The notes under the pieces were generated by a model. The model had not been told where the DNA came from and made no database searches. It worked only from the letters and a program-made list of their open reading frames with translations. From a virus (taxonomy: Duplodnaviria > Caudoviricetes): DNA of 55,140 nt. Shown in pieces: positions 37,230-46,576 of this stretch (within the stretch, counting starts at the first letter, position 1; every line of letters begins with the position of its first letter). The position numbers were made by a program, and so were the translations under genes. The stretch covers positions 1 through 55,140 of the IMG/VR virus record IMGVR_UViG_3300032281_000128. The stretch is one strand, 5' to 3'.

Positions 37230-38156
37230 TCAAAACTCCGTTTCTGGTATGTAGGTGCTCTTGGGTTTACCATCGCCCAAGACCGTTCGGCAATATTTGC
37301 TGTATTCACACATGATGTTTTGAACGTCATGTAGCGTCAGGGTGCAAATACCCAGCTCTTCGTAAATCGCATTATGTATATTGACAAGCTCAATATTGAA
37401 TTGCTCTTGCGTCCATCCTGCGGTTGGTGCACGCTCAAGCAGGTAATTCAAACCACGACTGCTGCCCGGCCCAATAGGTGCCCAAGAGAATATATCATGA
37501 GCATCACAAAGCTGCCCCTTAGAAGCATACGTCAAATCAGCTGCCACTTGCCCAGCCATGAACGTGCTTATACCGAAGCAGCGTGACATGACCGTAACAA
37601 ATTCAGCAATGCTCGTCAGGCGATCGGTTCGGGTGATCTCATACTGAATGTCCTCCCACTTTTCAATAGCCGCACCGATTATATGCGTAGCTATCGCCTG
37701 AGACTTGTTACCGCCGGGGTCCATCTTTGTAGGGTATACCATGTATGCACCTGAGTAAACCTTTTCTTGATTTTCTTTACAGGACTCAACCACCTGCACA
37801 AACAGCTCAGGGTCGAACTCAGTCGGGTGGCACGGTATAACGTAATTATCAATCAATGCGTGCAAGGTGGGTGGCCAGTTGATAAGCCGGGCGATTAGTA
37901 GTGTGAACCATAAGTCATCACGATCTTCGTAAGGGTCAATCAAGTTATTTACAAACCACTTGGATACGCGGTCATCAATCCGGTGAATGTTGGTGAATTT
38001 ATATTTATCAAGAACCGGGTCGTTTGTCCACGGACGCTGGTGACCATTTTCACGAGCCATGCGGATAGCTTCACGCTCCCAAACAAAATATAACAATCCC
38101 TCCATAGTGCAAACTGTTTCTGGTCGTGGTATGTTGAACGGACATTCATCAATCAT
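37230..38156 (-). CDS. 5-hmdU DNA kinase (aGPT-Pplase1 family)
   Basis: ERE..R...PWTNDPVLDKYKFTNIHRIDDRVS...ARLINW...GAYM...FMAGQVAADL...GPGSSRGL...QNIMCEYSKY. Confidence 0.85.
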   Translation of the reverse strand: MIDECPFNIPRPETVCTMEGLLYFVWEREAIRMARENGHQRPWTNDPVLDKYKFTNIHRIDDRVSKWFVNNLIDPYEDRDDLWFTLLIARLINWPPTLHALIDNYVIPCHPTEFDPELFVQVVESCKENQEKVYSGAYMVYPTKMDPGGNKSQAIATHIIGAAIEKWEDIQYEITRTDRLTSIAEFVTVMSRCFGISTFMAGQVAADLTYASKGQLCDAHDIFSWAPIGPGSSRGLNYLLERAPTAGWTQEQFNIELVNIHNAIYEELGICTLTLHDVQNIMCEYSKYCRTVLGDGKPKSTYIPETEF

Positions 38157-38734
38157 TTCTCAGCACTCCTTAAATAGTTTACCACCCCGGTAATGGGGTC
38201 TTGCCAATCAAGCCAACGTACTGCGTATCCACCGGCTTCGGTTAACAACTCATAACTGCGGTGACATTGGTCATAAGCCGACCGCATCGTCTTGTCAGGG
38301 TCAAACGGCTTGTCATTACCCGCAGCCTCACGGCGAGCTAAAACCCGTTCAAGACACACATCCCAAGGCGTATCAAGGAATGCGAATATCGCGCCATGCT
38401 CTTTGAGAATAGGAGCCACGTGACCTTTATCAGAGCTTTTGGACATCAGTAGACCTTCTACCAACACATGACCATGACCGACAGCTTTGACAACCCGCTC
38501 GGCAATCTCTTCTTGAGTGTTGATGCCGTCAGCACCACCACACGTGTTCTCGTAACTGCCGATGACGAACACCGGAATATTGATACCCCATGGTGAGGCG
38601 TCAACCTTGTATCCTGCAGGACGACCGGGCTTACCCCCGAGCGGCTCGTTAGACAACTTATCAAGGAAGCGACGGACAATCGTCGTCTTACCGCTTCCGT
38701 TACAACCGCGAATATTAACAATCTGTTTCTTCAT
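38153..38734 (-). CDS. P-loop nucleotide kinase of the thymine-modification cluster
   Basis: IRGCNGSGKTT, GSY...GGAD, LVEG and LDTP...CLERV..RR motifs. Confidence 0.8.
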   Translation of the reverse strand: MKKQIVNIRGCNGSGKTTIVRRFLDKLSNEPLGGKPGRPAGYKVDASPWGINIPVFVIGSYENTCGGADGINTQEEIAERVVKAVGHGHVLVEGLLMSKSSDKGHVAPILKEHGAIFAFLDTPWDVCLERVLARREAAGNDKPFDPDKTMRSAYDQCHRSYELLTEAGGYAVRWLDWQDPITGVVNYLRSAEK

Positions 38735-39732
38735 AGAAAATGCTCCGCACGATAAGGTTTACCGGTCTCAGGAAAGACCACTGCTCGTTCTTTAATCGTC
38801 ATGTTGTCCTTAGTCAACTCACAAAGCAACCAGTCAGGTAGATACTCCTTACGGATATCTTTGAAAGGTGCTGTGTGTTCGCGATGACCATGCTCGTCAG
38901 CCCAAAGGATACGCTCCCAAGCCATATCAGCATACACACCGGGATAGCGGCGAGCGTAGAAATGGTTCTTGAACGTGCAGAGGTTAGACTCCATGGTAAA
39001 GTTACCCGCGTATATCAAGCTCTTGTTGTTGACCTTGAAGCTACCGAGGAACGTTTCAGCCTTACCATTCAACCACGAGCACATCTTATCAAAGTTATCG
39101 TAGTTACCATCAAAGCCGTTATCAGCTCGCTTGTCCCACACCAGTGCGTCCTGCCCGGTGAGCAGGAGCATACCGTTGCGATGAGACTTACTACCTGACT
39201 TGTCACTGAACATAAGGTCATCACAGTCAGCGCCGAACCCATTCAGGTAGACATACTCAAGGTAGCTGAAGCAGGACAGTCGACCGAACGACACGTACTG
39301 CGACACTATCTTCCACAACTCTTGGTAGGTCTTACCGGTCAGCATCATTTCCTGCGTCCCGTGCTGCTCAACCAGCTCGGCATACTTCTTGATAGCTGCG
39401 ACGGTCTCCTTCTTTTGATAACGGCGGTCCGTATCAAACTGGAGCACATCCCAAGACTCATTGAACCACTCGTCAAACTTAACCAGTTGGGCACCCGCCG
39501 GGGGGCACATAGGTAGCTGCTCAAACATGATGAGCGACGTGATTGGGTTCTGCGTCATACCATTGAGGAAAGCGAACCACAACCGCTGCTCGTTGTCCCA
39601 CTTATACTTAGCTGCCAGCGACGGCATGTAAAGATAGACCAGACCCGGCATAACACCGTACATCAGGTTCATCTGATACAGCTTGCTGAAATACTCAAGC
39701 CTGTTTTCAGGGAGACGGAAGTCACGCATCAA
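38731..39732 (-). CDS. Amino acid:DNA transferase (aGPT-Pplase2 family)
   Basis: DFRLPENR...EQRLWFAFLNG.TQN...FDTDRRYQK...FGRLSCFSYLEY...SHRNG...ESNLCTFK...RYPGVY. Confidence 0.75.
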   Translation of the reverse strand: MMRDFRLPENRLEYFSKLYQMNLMYGVMPGLVYLYMPSLAAKYKWDNEQRLWFAFLNGMTQNPITSLIMFEQLPMCPPAGAQLVKFDEWFNESWDVLQFDTDRRYQKKETVAAIKKYAELVEQHGTQEMMLTGKTYQELWKIVSQYVSFGRLSCFSYLEYVYLNGFGADCDDLMFSDKSGSKSHRNGMLLLTGQDALVWDKRADNGFDGNYDNFDKMCSWLNGKAETFLGSFKVNNKSLIYAGNFTMESNLCTFKNHFYARRYPGVYADMAWERILWADEHGHREHTAPFKDIRKEYLPDWLLCELTKDNMTIKERAVVFPETGKPYRAEHFL

Positions 39733-40694
39733 TGTTCTCCGTAAGTGTAGAATGGTTCAATGACCTTGACGCTAGGAGCTGAACCAACAATCCAGAACCC
39801 AGTCTTGTTGTCGCAACTGATGTAATCGTTCTGCCTGAGCCAACGCCACATCTTCGCCTCGTAGGTCGGGTGGAAATTGATACCGTCAAAGCTCTCACCA
39901 GTGAAGTGGTCACTGTACTTGCTGAACCCGTTGTCGTGCAGAGAGTAGTGCTGCCATTCAAAGTCAAACTTGCTAGCGTCAACACCCATGTAACGCAACC
40001 GCTCATGCGTCCACTCAGCCTTGTCAGGTCCGATACCGATAGTGAAGATGCGCTTGATGTTGTGTGAGTCACGGCTCAACCCAAGCAAGATGCTCGTGAG
40101 TGAGTTACAAGAACCCGCAGGGATGATCAGCTCTTCAACGTCGTCCGGAATGTTCTTGGTCTGATTAGCACCGACCTCATGGAACTTACGCACATCTTCT
40201 GGGCTGTACTTGCTGATGGGGAGCGTGATACCATACTCAACAACGAGCGAGCTGTCCTGAGTTAGGTCGGCAACCTTACGTTGAATGATCGGGTTATACG
40301 GCCCGGTAGCATATTCAAACACTGCACCAAAGCCATGCGACACAGCTGGGTTAGGGTGCTTGAGCACGGTATGGGGTTTGCTGTATACGACCTGACGACA
40401 CTTGAGACCGTAGTGGGCACCCACAATCGCACTCATGCTCAGCTGAGGCGACTGGACACTAGCACCCGTAACGATGTGCGTCTTGTTACCACGGAACCTG
40501 TTCATGAACCAGATGAGCTGCCGCATCTTAGAGCCGTTAGGTCCGCTATAACCGAGCGGAGCGAAGTAGTCCTCCCGCTTGAACCAGATACCCTGATGGT
40601 TCTCCCAAGGGGTCAGGTCACCAAGGTGGTCTTCCCAGCGAACGTCAGCACGTTTCATTGACAATGTGGGGAAAATACTCTTACTCATGTTCAC
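39729..40694 (-). CDS. PLP-dependent enzyme (fold type II), probable DNA-linked amino acid decarboxylase
   Basis: LTPW...WFKREDYFAP...NGSKMRQ (PLP lysine), SPQ, IPAGSCNS, HPTYEAK; coupled to the transferase gene. Confidence 0.75.
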   Translation of the reverse strand: MNMSKSIFPTLSMKRADVRWEDHLGDLTPWENHQGIWFKREDYFAPLGYSGPNGSKMRQLIWFMNRFRGNKTHIVTGASVQSPQLSMSAIVGAHYGLKCRQVVYSKPHTVLKHPNPAVSHGFGAVFEYATGPYNPIIQRKVADLTQDSSLVVEYGITLPISKYSPEDVRKFHEVGANQTKNIPDDVEELIIPAGSCNSLTSILLGLSRDSHNIKRIFTIGIGPDKAEWTHERLRYMGVDASKFDFEWQHYSLHDNGFSKYSDHFTGESFDGINFHPTYEAKMWRWLRQNDYISCDNKTGFWIVGSAPSVKVIEPFYTYGEH

Positions 40695-41113
40695 ACCTCA
40701 GATACGTTAAGAAGCTGGAAGCTGATATCGTTGACAGTCACGACAATCTGCTCACCGCGTTTAGCGGCCTTATATAATTGAGCCGTGAGCCGGTCTTGCT
40801 GGCTACTCGTCATCCAATCAGGGTTCTCAACCCACATGGTGTGAGCATTCTTCCAAACTTGCTCGCTGTCAATGCGAATGATCTGGCGGTCCAGCTTGAG
40901 CGACGTCTTCATCAGGGGTCGCTCTTTGCCGGTAGGTTCAGGCTGTTCAACAGTTTCCACTTTGGGTTCCTTAAGTGTTGCGTACATTAGTTCAACACAA
41001 CGCTTCTCCGCCGTAGCACGGTCACGGAACTTCTTAACAGGTCTGTCAGTGTGCTCGTTATAGAATTTGACAAGCTGGCTGAGCGTCATGCTCGTAAAGT
41101 TTACTTCGGTCAT
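40691..41113 (-). CDS. Hypothetical protein leading the modification operon
   Basis: LVKFYNEH...PVKKFRDRATAEKR; GGAG SD. Confidence 0.65.
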   Translation of the reverse strand: MTEVNFTSMTLSQLVKFYNEHTDRPVKKFRDRATAEKRCVELMYATLKEPKVETVEQPEPTGKERPLMKTSLKLDRQIIRIDSEQVWKNAHTMWVENPDWMTSSQQDRLTAQLYKAAKRGEQIVVTVNDISFQLLNVSEV

Positions 41114-41138
41114 CGGTAATCTCCAAATGAAATCTGTA

Positions 41139-41873
41139 TTATGAATTGCGAACGTCCTGAATGATTGACCCTAAGTCACTAATACCACCATTGCAATGAC
41201 GCATGTTGGGGGTGTTACGATACTTAGCGTAAACTGAATGATTGATGAACTTGGTCATCATGATAGTCCATTCAGCTTCACAAGGAACGCGGCCCGCAGC
41301 ATCATCAACATCTAAGAACGTGAAGTCTATGTCTTGATACTTCTGCTTGATCACTGACATCTGTTGCCCCCTCAAGCCGATAATTGTAATACGCTTACGG
41401 CGAGGCTTAGTGGTCTGTGGCCACCCACCCGGCGCAGTTTGATTGACGATGATCGGCCGAGGATCCTGATGCGTCTTCTGCAGAGCAGAGAGCTGCTCAG
41501 AGATACCTGACATGACTTCTGTAGCCACACGCTTAGCCAACTGGTCAAACAGCTTCTCAAGCAACTCTGAGACGCCAAGCTCAACTGGTTGCGGAGCAAG
41601 TGCTTCAACCTTAGCGGCTAAAGCGGCCACAGTCAGCTTACGGTCACGAGCCCGACTATAAGACTCTGCTTTGGCTCTTTCCATCCAGTCCTTTAGGTTA
41701 GACAGCATCGCAGGGTAAACCTTACGGCGACGACCGATCGGGAGATCATACTGCGACTTGATTAATATGTTTTCTCTGCTGCTGGACCTACCCTCAGCAT
41801 ACACCTCAACCATGCGATTGAAAACTATGTTACGCTCTTCGTCAGTCCAGTGAATACGTGTTTTTGTAACCAT
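41139..41873 (-). CDS. Hypothetical protein with possible DUF2325-like C-terminal domain
   Basis: HWTDEER N-terminus; ITIIGL...IMMTKFINHS...GGISDL; TAACTGGAG leader. Confidence 0.6.
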   Translation of the reverse strand: MVTKTRIHWTDEERNIVFNRMVEVYAEGRSSSRENILIKSQYDLPIGRRRKVYPAMLSNLKDWMERAKAESYSRARDRKLTVAALAAKVEALAPQPVELGVSELLEKLFDQLAKRVATEVMSGISEQLSALQKTHQDPRPIIVNQTAPGGWPQTTKPRRKRITIIGLRGQQMSVIKQKYQDIDFTFLDVDDAAGRVPCEAEWTIMMTKFINHSVYAKYRNTPNMRHCNGGISDLGSIIQDVRNS

Positions 41874-41893
41874 GATCATTCTCCAGTTATCAG

Positions 41894-42064
41894 TTAAAAG
41901 TTCCAAGGTTTGGCGGCGTATTGGGCGGCTACATGGCGAGCGGCTATCTTACCGTCAACCCGGTGCTCAGCTATAATGTGACGGCGACCAGCCTCAAGCA
42001 CGCTAATTCTTAGGTAGCCATCTTGGCGTTTAGTAGGGGCGGTGTAATCAGCAATACGTTGCAT
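41894..42064 (-). CDS. Small early protein (56 aa, MQRIADYTAP...)
   Basis: TAACTGGAGAATTGAAATG leader; below ORF-track cutoff. Confidence 0.6.
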   Translation of the reverse strand: MQRIADYTAPTKRQDGYLRISVLEAGRRHIIAEHRVDGKIAARHVAAQYAAKPWNF

Positions 42065-42133
42065 TTCAATTCTCCAGTTATCAAGTTATCTGTGTATCTA
42101 TAGGGGTGTAATTCTGGTTTGAAAAGGGGAAAG

Positions 42134-42505
42134 TTACTTCCCCTTAGTAAAGTCACGAATGCGACACATAACCAACTCAGCAAGAGCCACAGCAGTGTCT
42201 AACGGAGCCGCTAAGATAGCATCCTCAAGCTCCATACGGTCTTGTATCTTCTGTGGTGATGAGCGTGTAACCTCAGATGGCTTGACAAAGACCGGCGTCC
42301 TGACTATCACGAAAGGTTCGTCATCTACCGGGCTATTTGCAGCCGGTGTAGCGCCGACCTTAAAACCATTCAGGAATGCGAGCAGACCTGCTTTGTCGTA
42401 AGGCACATCATACTGCTCGTAAGTGGTGTCGTGCACCTTAGCGATGGTGATTGCTTCGTCCTTAGTGCCAGCCCAATGACCGGTCGGTGTGCGATATAGC
42501 TTCAT
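42134..42505 (-). CDS. Early hypothetical protein
   Basis: MKLYRTPTGHWAGT...DVPYDKAGLLAFLN; GGAGG SD. Confidence 0.65.
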   Translation of the reverse strand: MKLYRTPTGHWAGTKDEAITIAKVHDTTYEQYDVPYDKAGLLAFLNGFKVGATPAANSPVDDEPFVIVRTPVFVKPSEVTRSSPQKIQDRMELEDAILAAPLDTAVALAELVMCRIRDFTKGK

Positions 42506-42506
42506 G

Positions 42507-42617
42507 TTACTTCCCTCCGTTCTTATTTTCGCCCCAGCACACAACAGCGCCGAGGATGAATATGCAGATCATTACGAATGCTTCGAATGGTAGATATGGT
42601 TCAAGGTCAAACAACAT
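42507..42617 (-). CDS. Small membrane peptide (36 aa)
   Basis: AAGGAGG SD; FVMICIFILGAVVC. Confidence 0.45.
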   Translation of the reverse strand: MLFDLEPYLPFEAFVMICIFILGAVVCWGENKNGGK

Positions 42618-42628
42618 TTCAAGCCTCC

Positions 42629-42859
42629 TTACTGAGCTGCGAATTCAGAGCTGGTGATGACTTCCTCAAGGTTGCAACATGCTTCCTCAAGCTGGTTGTA
42701 GGCTTCTTCAGTCTGCTGCCCACGTTCACTGTTCTGCAGGTTCTCAGGCATGTTTTCAAAAGTGTAACCCTCTTCATCACGAGCGGTCTCAAGTATGCTG
42801 AGAGCCTCTTGCAGTAGCCCGATAGCCTTGTTGATTTCTTTACGACGATCATTATTCAT
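42629..42859 (-). CDS. Acidic helical early protein
   Basis: MNNDRRKEI...DEE..FENMPENLQNSERG; conserved leader. Confidence 0.7.
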   Translation of the reverse strand: MNNDRRKEINKAIGLLQEALSILETARDEEGYTFENMPENLQNSERGQQTEEAYNQLEEACCNLEEVITSSEFAAQ

Positions 42860-42913
42860 TTCAGTTCTCCAGTTATAAGATTTGTGGGGGCCGAAACCCC
42901 CACCGGTTTAAGC

Positions 42914-43240
42914 TCAGATTTTGTTACCATGTGCTTGATAAGCGTCTGTGTCAAAAATCAGTTTGCTGATATCCTCACCCCTAAGGTCGCGGCACAACTG
43001 ACGCATACCATTTTGCGGTGGATAATTTCTTAGATCGCGTCGATACACATAACCCTTAACAGCCATGTCATTGCGAATTTCATCACTCAGTGTCATTTCA
43101 ATGTTATCCCAAAAAGATCTATAGCCGTCGACAAAATCGGCTGTGCGGTACGATGGAAAGGTGTGACGCTTAACGTTACTTTCAACCTTATCTCGCTCTG
43201 CGGCGGTCCAACCATTTAGAAATTCTTGTGTCTGTGTCAT
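42914..43240 (-). CDS. Early hypothetical protein
   Basis: Conserved 20-nt leader. Confidence 0.65.
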   Translation of the reverse strand: MTQTQEFLNGWTAAERDKVESNVKRHTFPSYRTADFVDGYRSFWDNIEMTLSDEIRNDMAVKGYVYRRDLRNYPPQNGMRQLCRDLRGEDISKLIFDTDAYQAHGNKI

Positions 43241-43261
43241 TTCAGTTCTCCAGTTATAAAA

Positions 43262-43558
43262 TTAACGGCTTAGGTTCTTTACACCACCGCGTGAGCCGAT
43301 TTGAACGTGGCGCTCAAGACGTCCGAAGATCGAGGCCATGGTGCCCTCGTCGTTTGGCAGACCGCTCTCGACATACAGCGTGACATGCTTACTGTTATCG
43401 AAACGCGTAACCGACAGCTTCTTGATTTCGTAGTCCAGAAAAGTTATCGAGCTAATCATACGGTCGGCTACACGGCGCTGGGCTGGGTTAAGATCGTCAA
43501 GCGAGATCTCAACAGTCAGTGCTTTGAATTCGGCGAGCAATTCGTCTAGGTCAGTCAT
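43262..43558 (-). CDS. Early hypothetical protein
   Basis: Leader plus promoter module; C-terminal QIGSRGGV. Confidence 0.65.
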   Translation of the reverse strand: MTDLDELLAEFKALTVEISLDDLNPAQRRVADRMISSITFLDYEIKKLSVTRFDNSKHVTLYVESGLPNDEGTMASIFGRLERHVQIGSRGGVKNLSR

Positions 43559-43651
43559 TTCAAGTCTCCAGTTATCAAGTTATGAAACCCTCTCTAGTTT
43601 CATTCCACGTGGAAGTAAAGTGAAAAAACGCTTGCACCCAAAAATAATTTC
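43556..43651 (-). promoter_or_regulatory. Promoter/leader module with palindrome TTCCACGTGGAA (inverted copy at 46480-46576)
   Basis: Aligns by eye with 46480-46576 in reverse complement. Confidence 0.6.
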
Positions 43652-43657
43652 GCCCAA

Positions 43658-44014
43658 CTAACGAACAGCTAGGATTCTCTTAGCTTCAAAGAACATGTTG
43701 GTACCCGGTGGAAGTGGGTCATCTAGCTCTCCGTACAACTTGTCCACCCTCTTGGCGATAACTCGCAGCACGACGAGGCGCACATCCGGTTCGCTATCCA
43801 ACAACCACCGCAGACCTGACAGCCGGGAGATGAAGTCACGCTCTGCTGCTGGGGGCATATCCTTGATGTAACGCAACATACGCATCATCTCGTCGGGACG
43901 GACACACTCGTCAACTGTGGACTTGAACCACTCTTTACGTTTGACCTTGTACCGTGCCAGCAGCCGGTCACTTTCTTCATAACGCTTCTTTTCAGCGTCG
44001 CTGATCTTCCTCAT
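43658..44014 (-). CDS. Hypothetical basic protein
   Basis: 118-aa ORF coupled to the upstream small ORF; LDDPLPP motif. Confidence 0.6.
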   Translation of the reverse strand: MRKISDAEKKRYEESDRLLARYKVKRKEWFKSTVDECVRPDEMMRMLRYIKDMPPAAERDFISRLSGLRWLLDSEPDVRLVVLRVIAKRVDKLYGELDDPLPPGTNMFFEAKRILAVR

Positions 44015-44160
44015 TTGCGTCTAGACCAGATTCGTATCAAGCGGTTCCAATTGATACGGAAGGGATAGCGGGACTGCTGCCAGTCGCGCAGAAGCTCTAC
44101 CTTACCTTCGGCAGTCGGCTCTTGTCTGAAAATGACGTAAAGGTCTTCAAGTCTATACAC
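44011..44160 (-). CDS. Small hypothetical protein (49 aa, GTG start)
   Basis: GGAG SD; ATGA overlap with the 44014 start. Confidence 0.45.
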   Translation of the reverse strand: MYRLEDLYVIFRQEPTAEGKVELLRDWQQSRYPFRINWNRLIRIWSRRK

Positions 44161-44205
44161 GGGGTTCTCCCAAGTTATCAGTTATTGCGAAATGATCGCT
44201 TACGC

Positions 44206-44294
44206 ATTCTGGGTCATTTCAATCCAGAAGGCAAGTGGGGTGGAAAAATATTTTTACGCGGGGGCTTGCCTTTTCAAAACAATAGCCCGATAAT
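44206..44294. promoter_or_regulatory. Divergent promoter pair: - strand TTGCCT-N17-CAGAAT (44234-44206); + strand TTGCCT-N17-GATAAT (44266-44294)
   Basis: At the strand switch; same TTGCCT -35 as other promoters. Confidence 0.55.
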
Positions 44295-44360
44295 GCCGAC
44301 CCACATAACGTATAACCGGAGACAGCTGATGCTGGCAAAAACCTATAAATCGGAGGAGTC

Positions 44361-46481
44361 GTGACCACAGGTGGTAAACATGTTTGGGCTGTAGATAAAG
44401 CTCCGACCACTCTTGATTACGCGCTCGCTTACGCAAAGATGGGGTGGCATGTGCTGCCCGTTTGGTCTGTTGATGAACACGGCCAGTGTCGTTGTGGCCG
44501 ACCTAATAACGAAAAAGGTCACAAACCCGGTAAGCACCCACAAGCCGACCTTGCACCCCATGGGCATCAAGATGCGACGGTAGATGAGAAGCTCATCAAA
44601 GATTGGTGGGCTGTTGACCCTGACGCGGGTATCGGTATAAGTCTTGCGGACTCAGGTCTGCTGGCTCTGGACATTGACCCGCAGAATGGCGGTGATGACT
44701 CCCTAGCCGCACTTGAAGCTGAACACGGTGTGCTCCACTCAGACTGCACAGCTATAACTCAAGGTGGGGGCGAACACCGCTTGTTCAAAGCCGACCCAGA
44801 CATGACATACCCCGGCACGTTAGGGAAGGGTCTGGACTTAAAGCACCATGGTTACATCTGCGTAGCACCAACATTAGGCTCAACCGGGGTATACAGATGG
44901 GAGTCAGGCCGCTCACCGCTATCAATTAGTAAACCGGCTCAACCTAGTCCGCTACCTTCTTTAATCGCGAGCAAGGCTCGTGCGCCTGTTAACTACAGCC
45001 TGACTGAGCGCGGTGGGGTTCCGGTAGCCACAGCTCAAACATTTGATGACCTGCGCTCTGCTCTCAAGTTCGTTGATGCTGACGACTACACCACATGGGT
45101 CAACGTCGGTATGGTGCTCAAACCTTATGGTGAGAACGGCTACAAGATATGGACGGAGTGGTCGGCCAACAGCGATAAGTTTGATGCCGCTGCTCAGCGC
45201 CGTAAGTGGGAACGCGACATTGATACCCCCCACTCAATCACATACCGATCGATATTCCGTATGGCGATTGACAACGGGTGGTCAGGTAACGGGAACGATG
45301 TAACCCGCAGCCCGGTAGAGAACCCTGACGAGCATCCTCTCAGCCTCAAGAAGTCTTTACGGAGTGGGGCGGGTGAGGTTACAGTCTTTGAATACATATT
45401 TGATGACTTCATGTCCACTGGGGTCAACGTGGTTGCGGGTGCACCGGGCGTCGGTAAGACCACCCTCATCGTGCCGATGGCTCTAGCTACGGCCCACCTC
45501 TGCCCGGTCGATTATGAGCTGAAGCCTTCTGTCCGCCGCAACGTGATCATCATCACCGAGTCTGTGGTGCAGGTTCAACGGGTCATCTACTCGTTACACT
45601 CTTGGGGCTTCACCGGGATGCGAGCCAGCGACTTTGATGAACGTGTCCGCGTCATCAGTGCTCACCGGCTAGACCCAAAGGTCGTGTCTCAGGTTGCTGA
45701 CGAATATAAGGATTGGACGGTTGAAAATGAAAAAGCAGATGGTACAATATATAACGCGCTTCCTCTGGTGGTTTTTGATACAGCGAACGCAGTGTTCGAT
45801 CTTGAAAACGAAAACGACAACGCGGAAGTAGGTCGGGCTATGGCTTACGTTAAGCAGTCCTTCTCCGCCTTCCCGATCATCATCGTGAGCCACACGGCTA
45901 AGATGTTGGGGTCAGGTGACTCCGAGTATCTGGGTCCTCGTGGTGCTTCGGCTTGGACTGGCGACGCCCAAGGTGTCTACACCGTGTTCAAGGATGGTGA
46001 GGAGCACGACGCACCTCGCATTCTAAAGGCGACAAAGGTTCGCTTCCCGACCGAATTCCCAGAGATGGTGTTCGAGCTTATCAACAATAAAGAGACACAC
46101 AAAGACGTTCTGGGTTACGACAAAGACATCTGGTTCAATCACGCTGTGGCTCGTCCGCTCAAGCATGGTGAACGTGCTCAGTTCAAAGAAGAGCAGAAGG
46201 AACAACGCGAAAACGATAATTGGGAGCGCATATGTCGTGACCTTATTGAGTTGGTGCGCACTCAACCGCGCAAGAGCCGTTCTCATTATGAGCGTCTGCC
46301 GGTTGCTCAGGGTGGGGTAAAGGCCAGCCAAGAGCGTAAGGAGAGAGCAATGTCGTCAATGATTGATGATGGCGTGCTTGAGGTGATCCATCTTGAGAAG
46401 GCGGTGGGCCGCGCAACCCATTATGTTCAGGTTGACGAGGCTGTTTTGAGCTCCGCAAGTGGAGGAAAGTATAGCGTTTGA
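44361..46481 (+). CDS. Bifunctional primase-polymerase (Prim-Pol) fused to PriCT-2 and a RepA/AAA_25-type helicase
   Basis: ALAYAKMGWHVLP...GKHP...LDIDP...GGEH...YICVAPT; DDYTTWVNVGM...WTEWS; GAPGVGKTT, VVFDT, IIVSH, RGASA. Confidence 0.85.
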   Translation: MTTGGKHVWAVDKAPTTLDYALAYAKMGWHVLPVWSVDEHGQCRCGRPNNEKGHKPGKHPQADLAPHGHQDATVDEKLIKDWWAVDPDAGIGISLADSGLLALDIDPQNGGDDSLAALEAEHGVLHSDCTAITQGGGEHRLFKADPDMTYPGTLGKGLDLKHHGYICVAPTLGSTGVYRWESGRSPLSISKPAQPSPLPSLIASKARAPVNYSLTERGGVPVATAQTFDDLRSALKFVDADDYTTWVNVGMVLKPYGENGYKIWTEWSANSDKFDAAAQRRKWERDIDTPHSITYRSIFRMAIDNGWSGNGNDVTRSPVENPDEHPLSLKKSLRSGAGEVTVFEYIFDDFMSTGVNVVAGAPGVGKTTLIVPMALATAHLCPVDYELKPSVRRNVIIITESVVQVQRVIYSLHSWGFTGMRASDFDERVRVISAHRLDPKVVSQVADEYKDWTVENEKADGTIYNALPLVVFDTANAVFDLENENDNAEVGRAMAYVKQSFSAFPIIIVSHTAKMLGSGDSEYLGPRGASAWTGDAQGVYTVFKDGEEHDAPRILKATKVRFPTEFPEMVFELINNKETHKDVLGYDKDIWFNHAVARPLKHGERAQFKEEQKEQRENDNWERICRDLIELVRTQPRKSRSHYERLPVAQGGVKASQERKERAMSSMIDDGVLEVIHLEKAVGRATHYVQVDEAVLSSASGGKYSV

Positions 46482-46576
46482 AAATTATTTTTAGGTTAAA
46501 GCGTTTTTAGGCTTTTCTTTCCACGTGGAATGAGCCTATAAGGGTTTCATAACGTAGAACTGGAGATTTGAAAATG
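46480..46576 (+). promoter_or_regulatory. Promoter/leader module with palindrome TTCCACGTGGAA
   Basis: Inverted copy of 43556-43651. Confidence 0.6.

Noticed and set aside
39729-40694. Auxiliary metabolic ACC deaminase or cysteine desulfhydrase
   Set aside because: Same fold, but coupling to the amino acid:DNA transferase gene points to a DNA-modification role
42884-42903. UUCG hairpin (- strand GTGGGGGT-TTCG-GCCCCCAC) as a terminator
   Set aside because: No U-tract on the coding strand; more likely an mRNA-stabilising or processing hairpin
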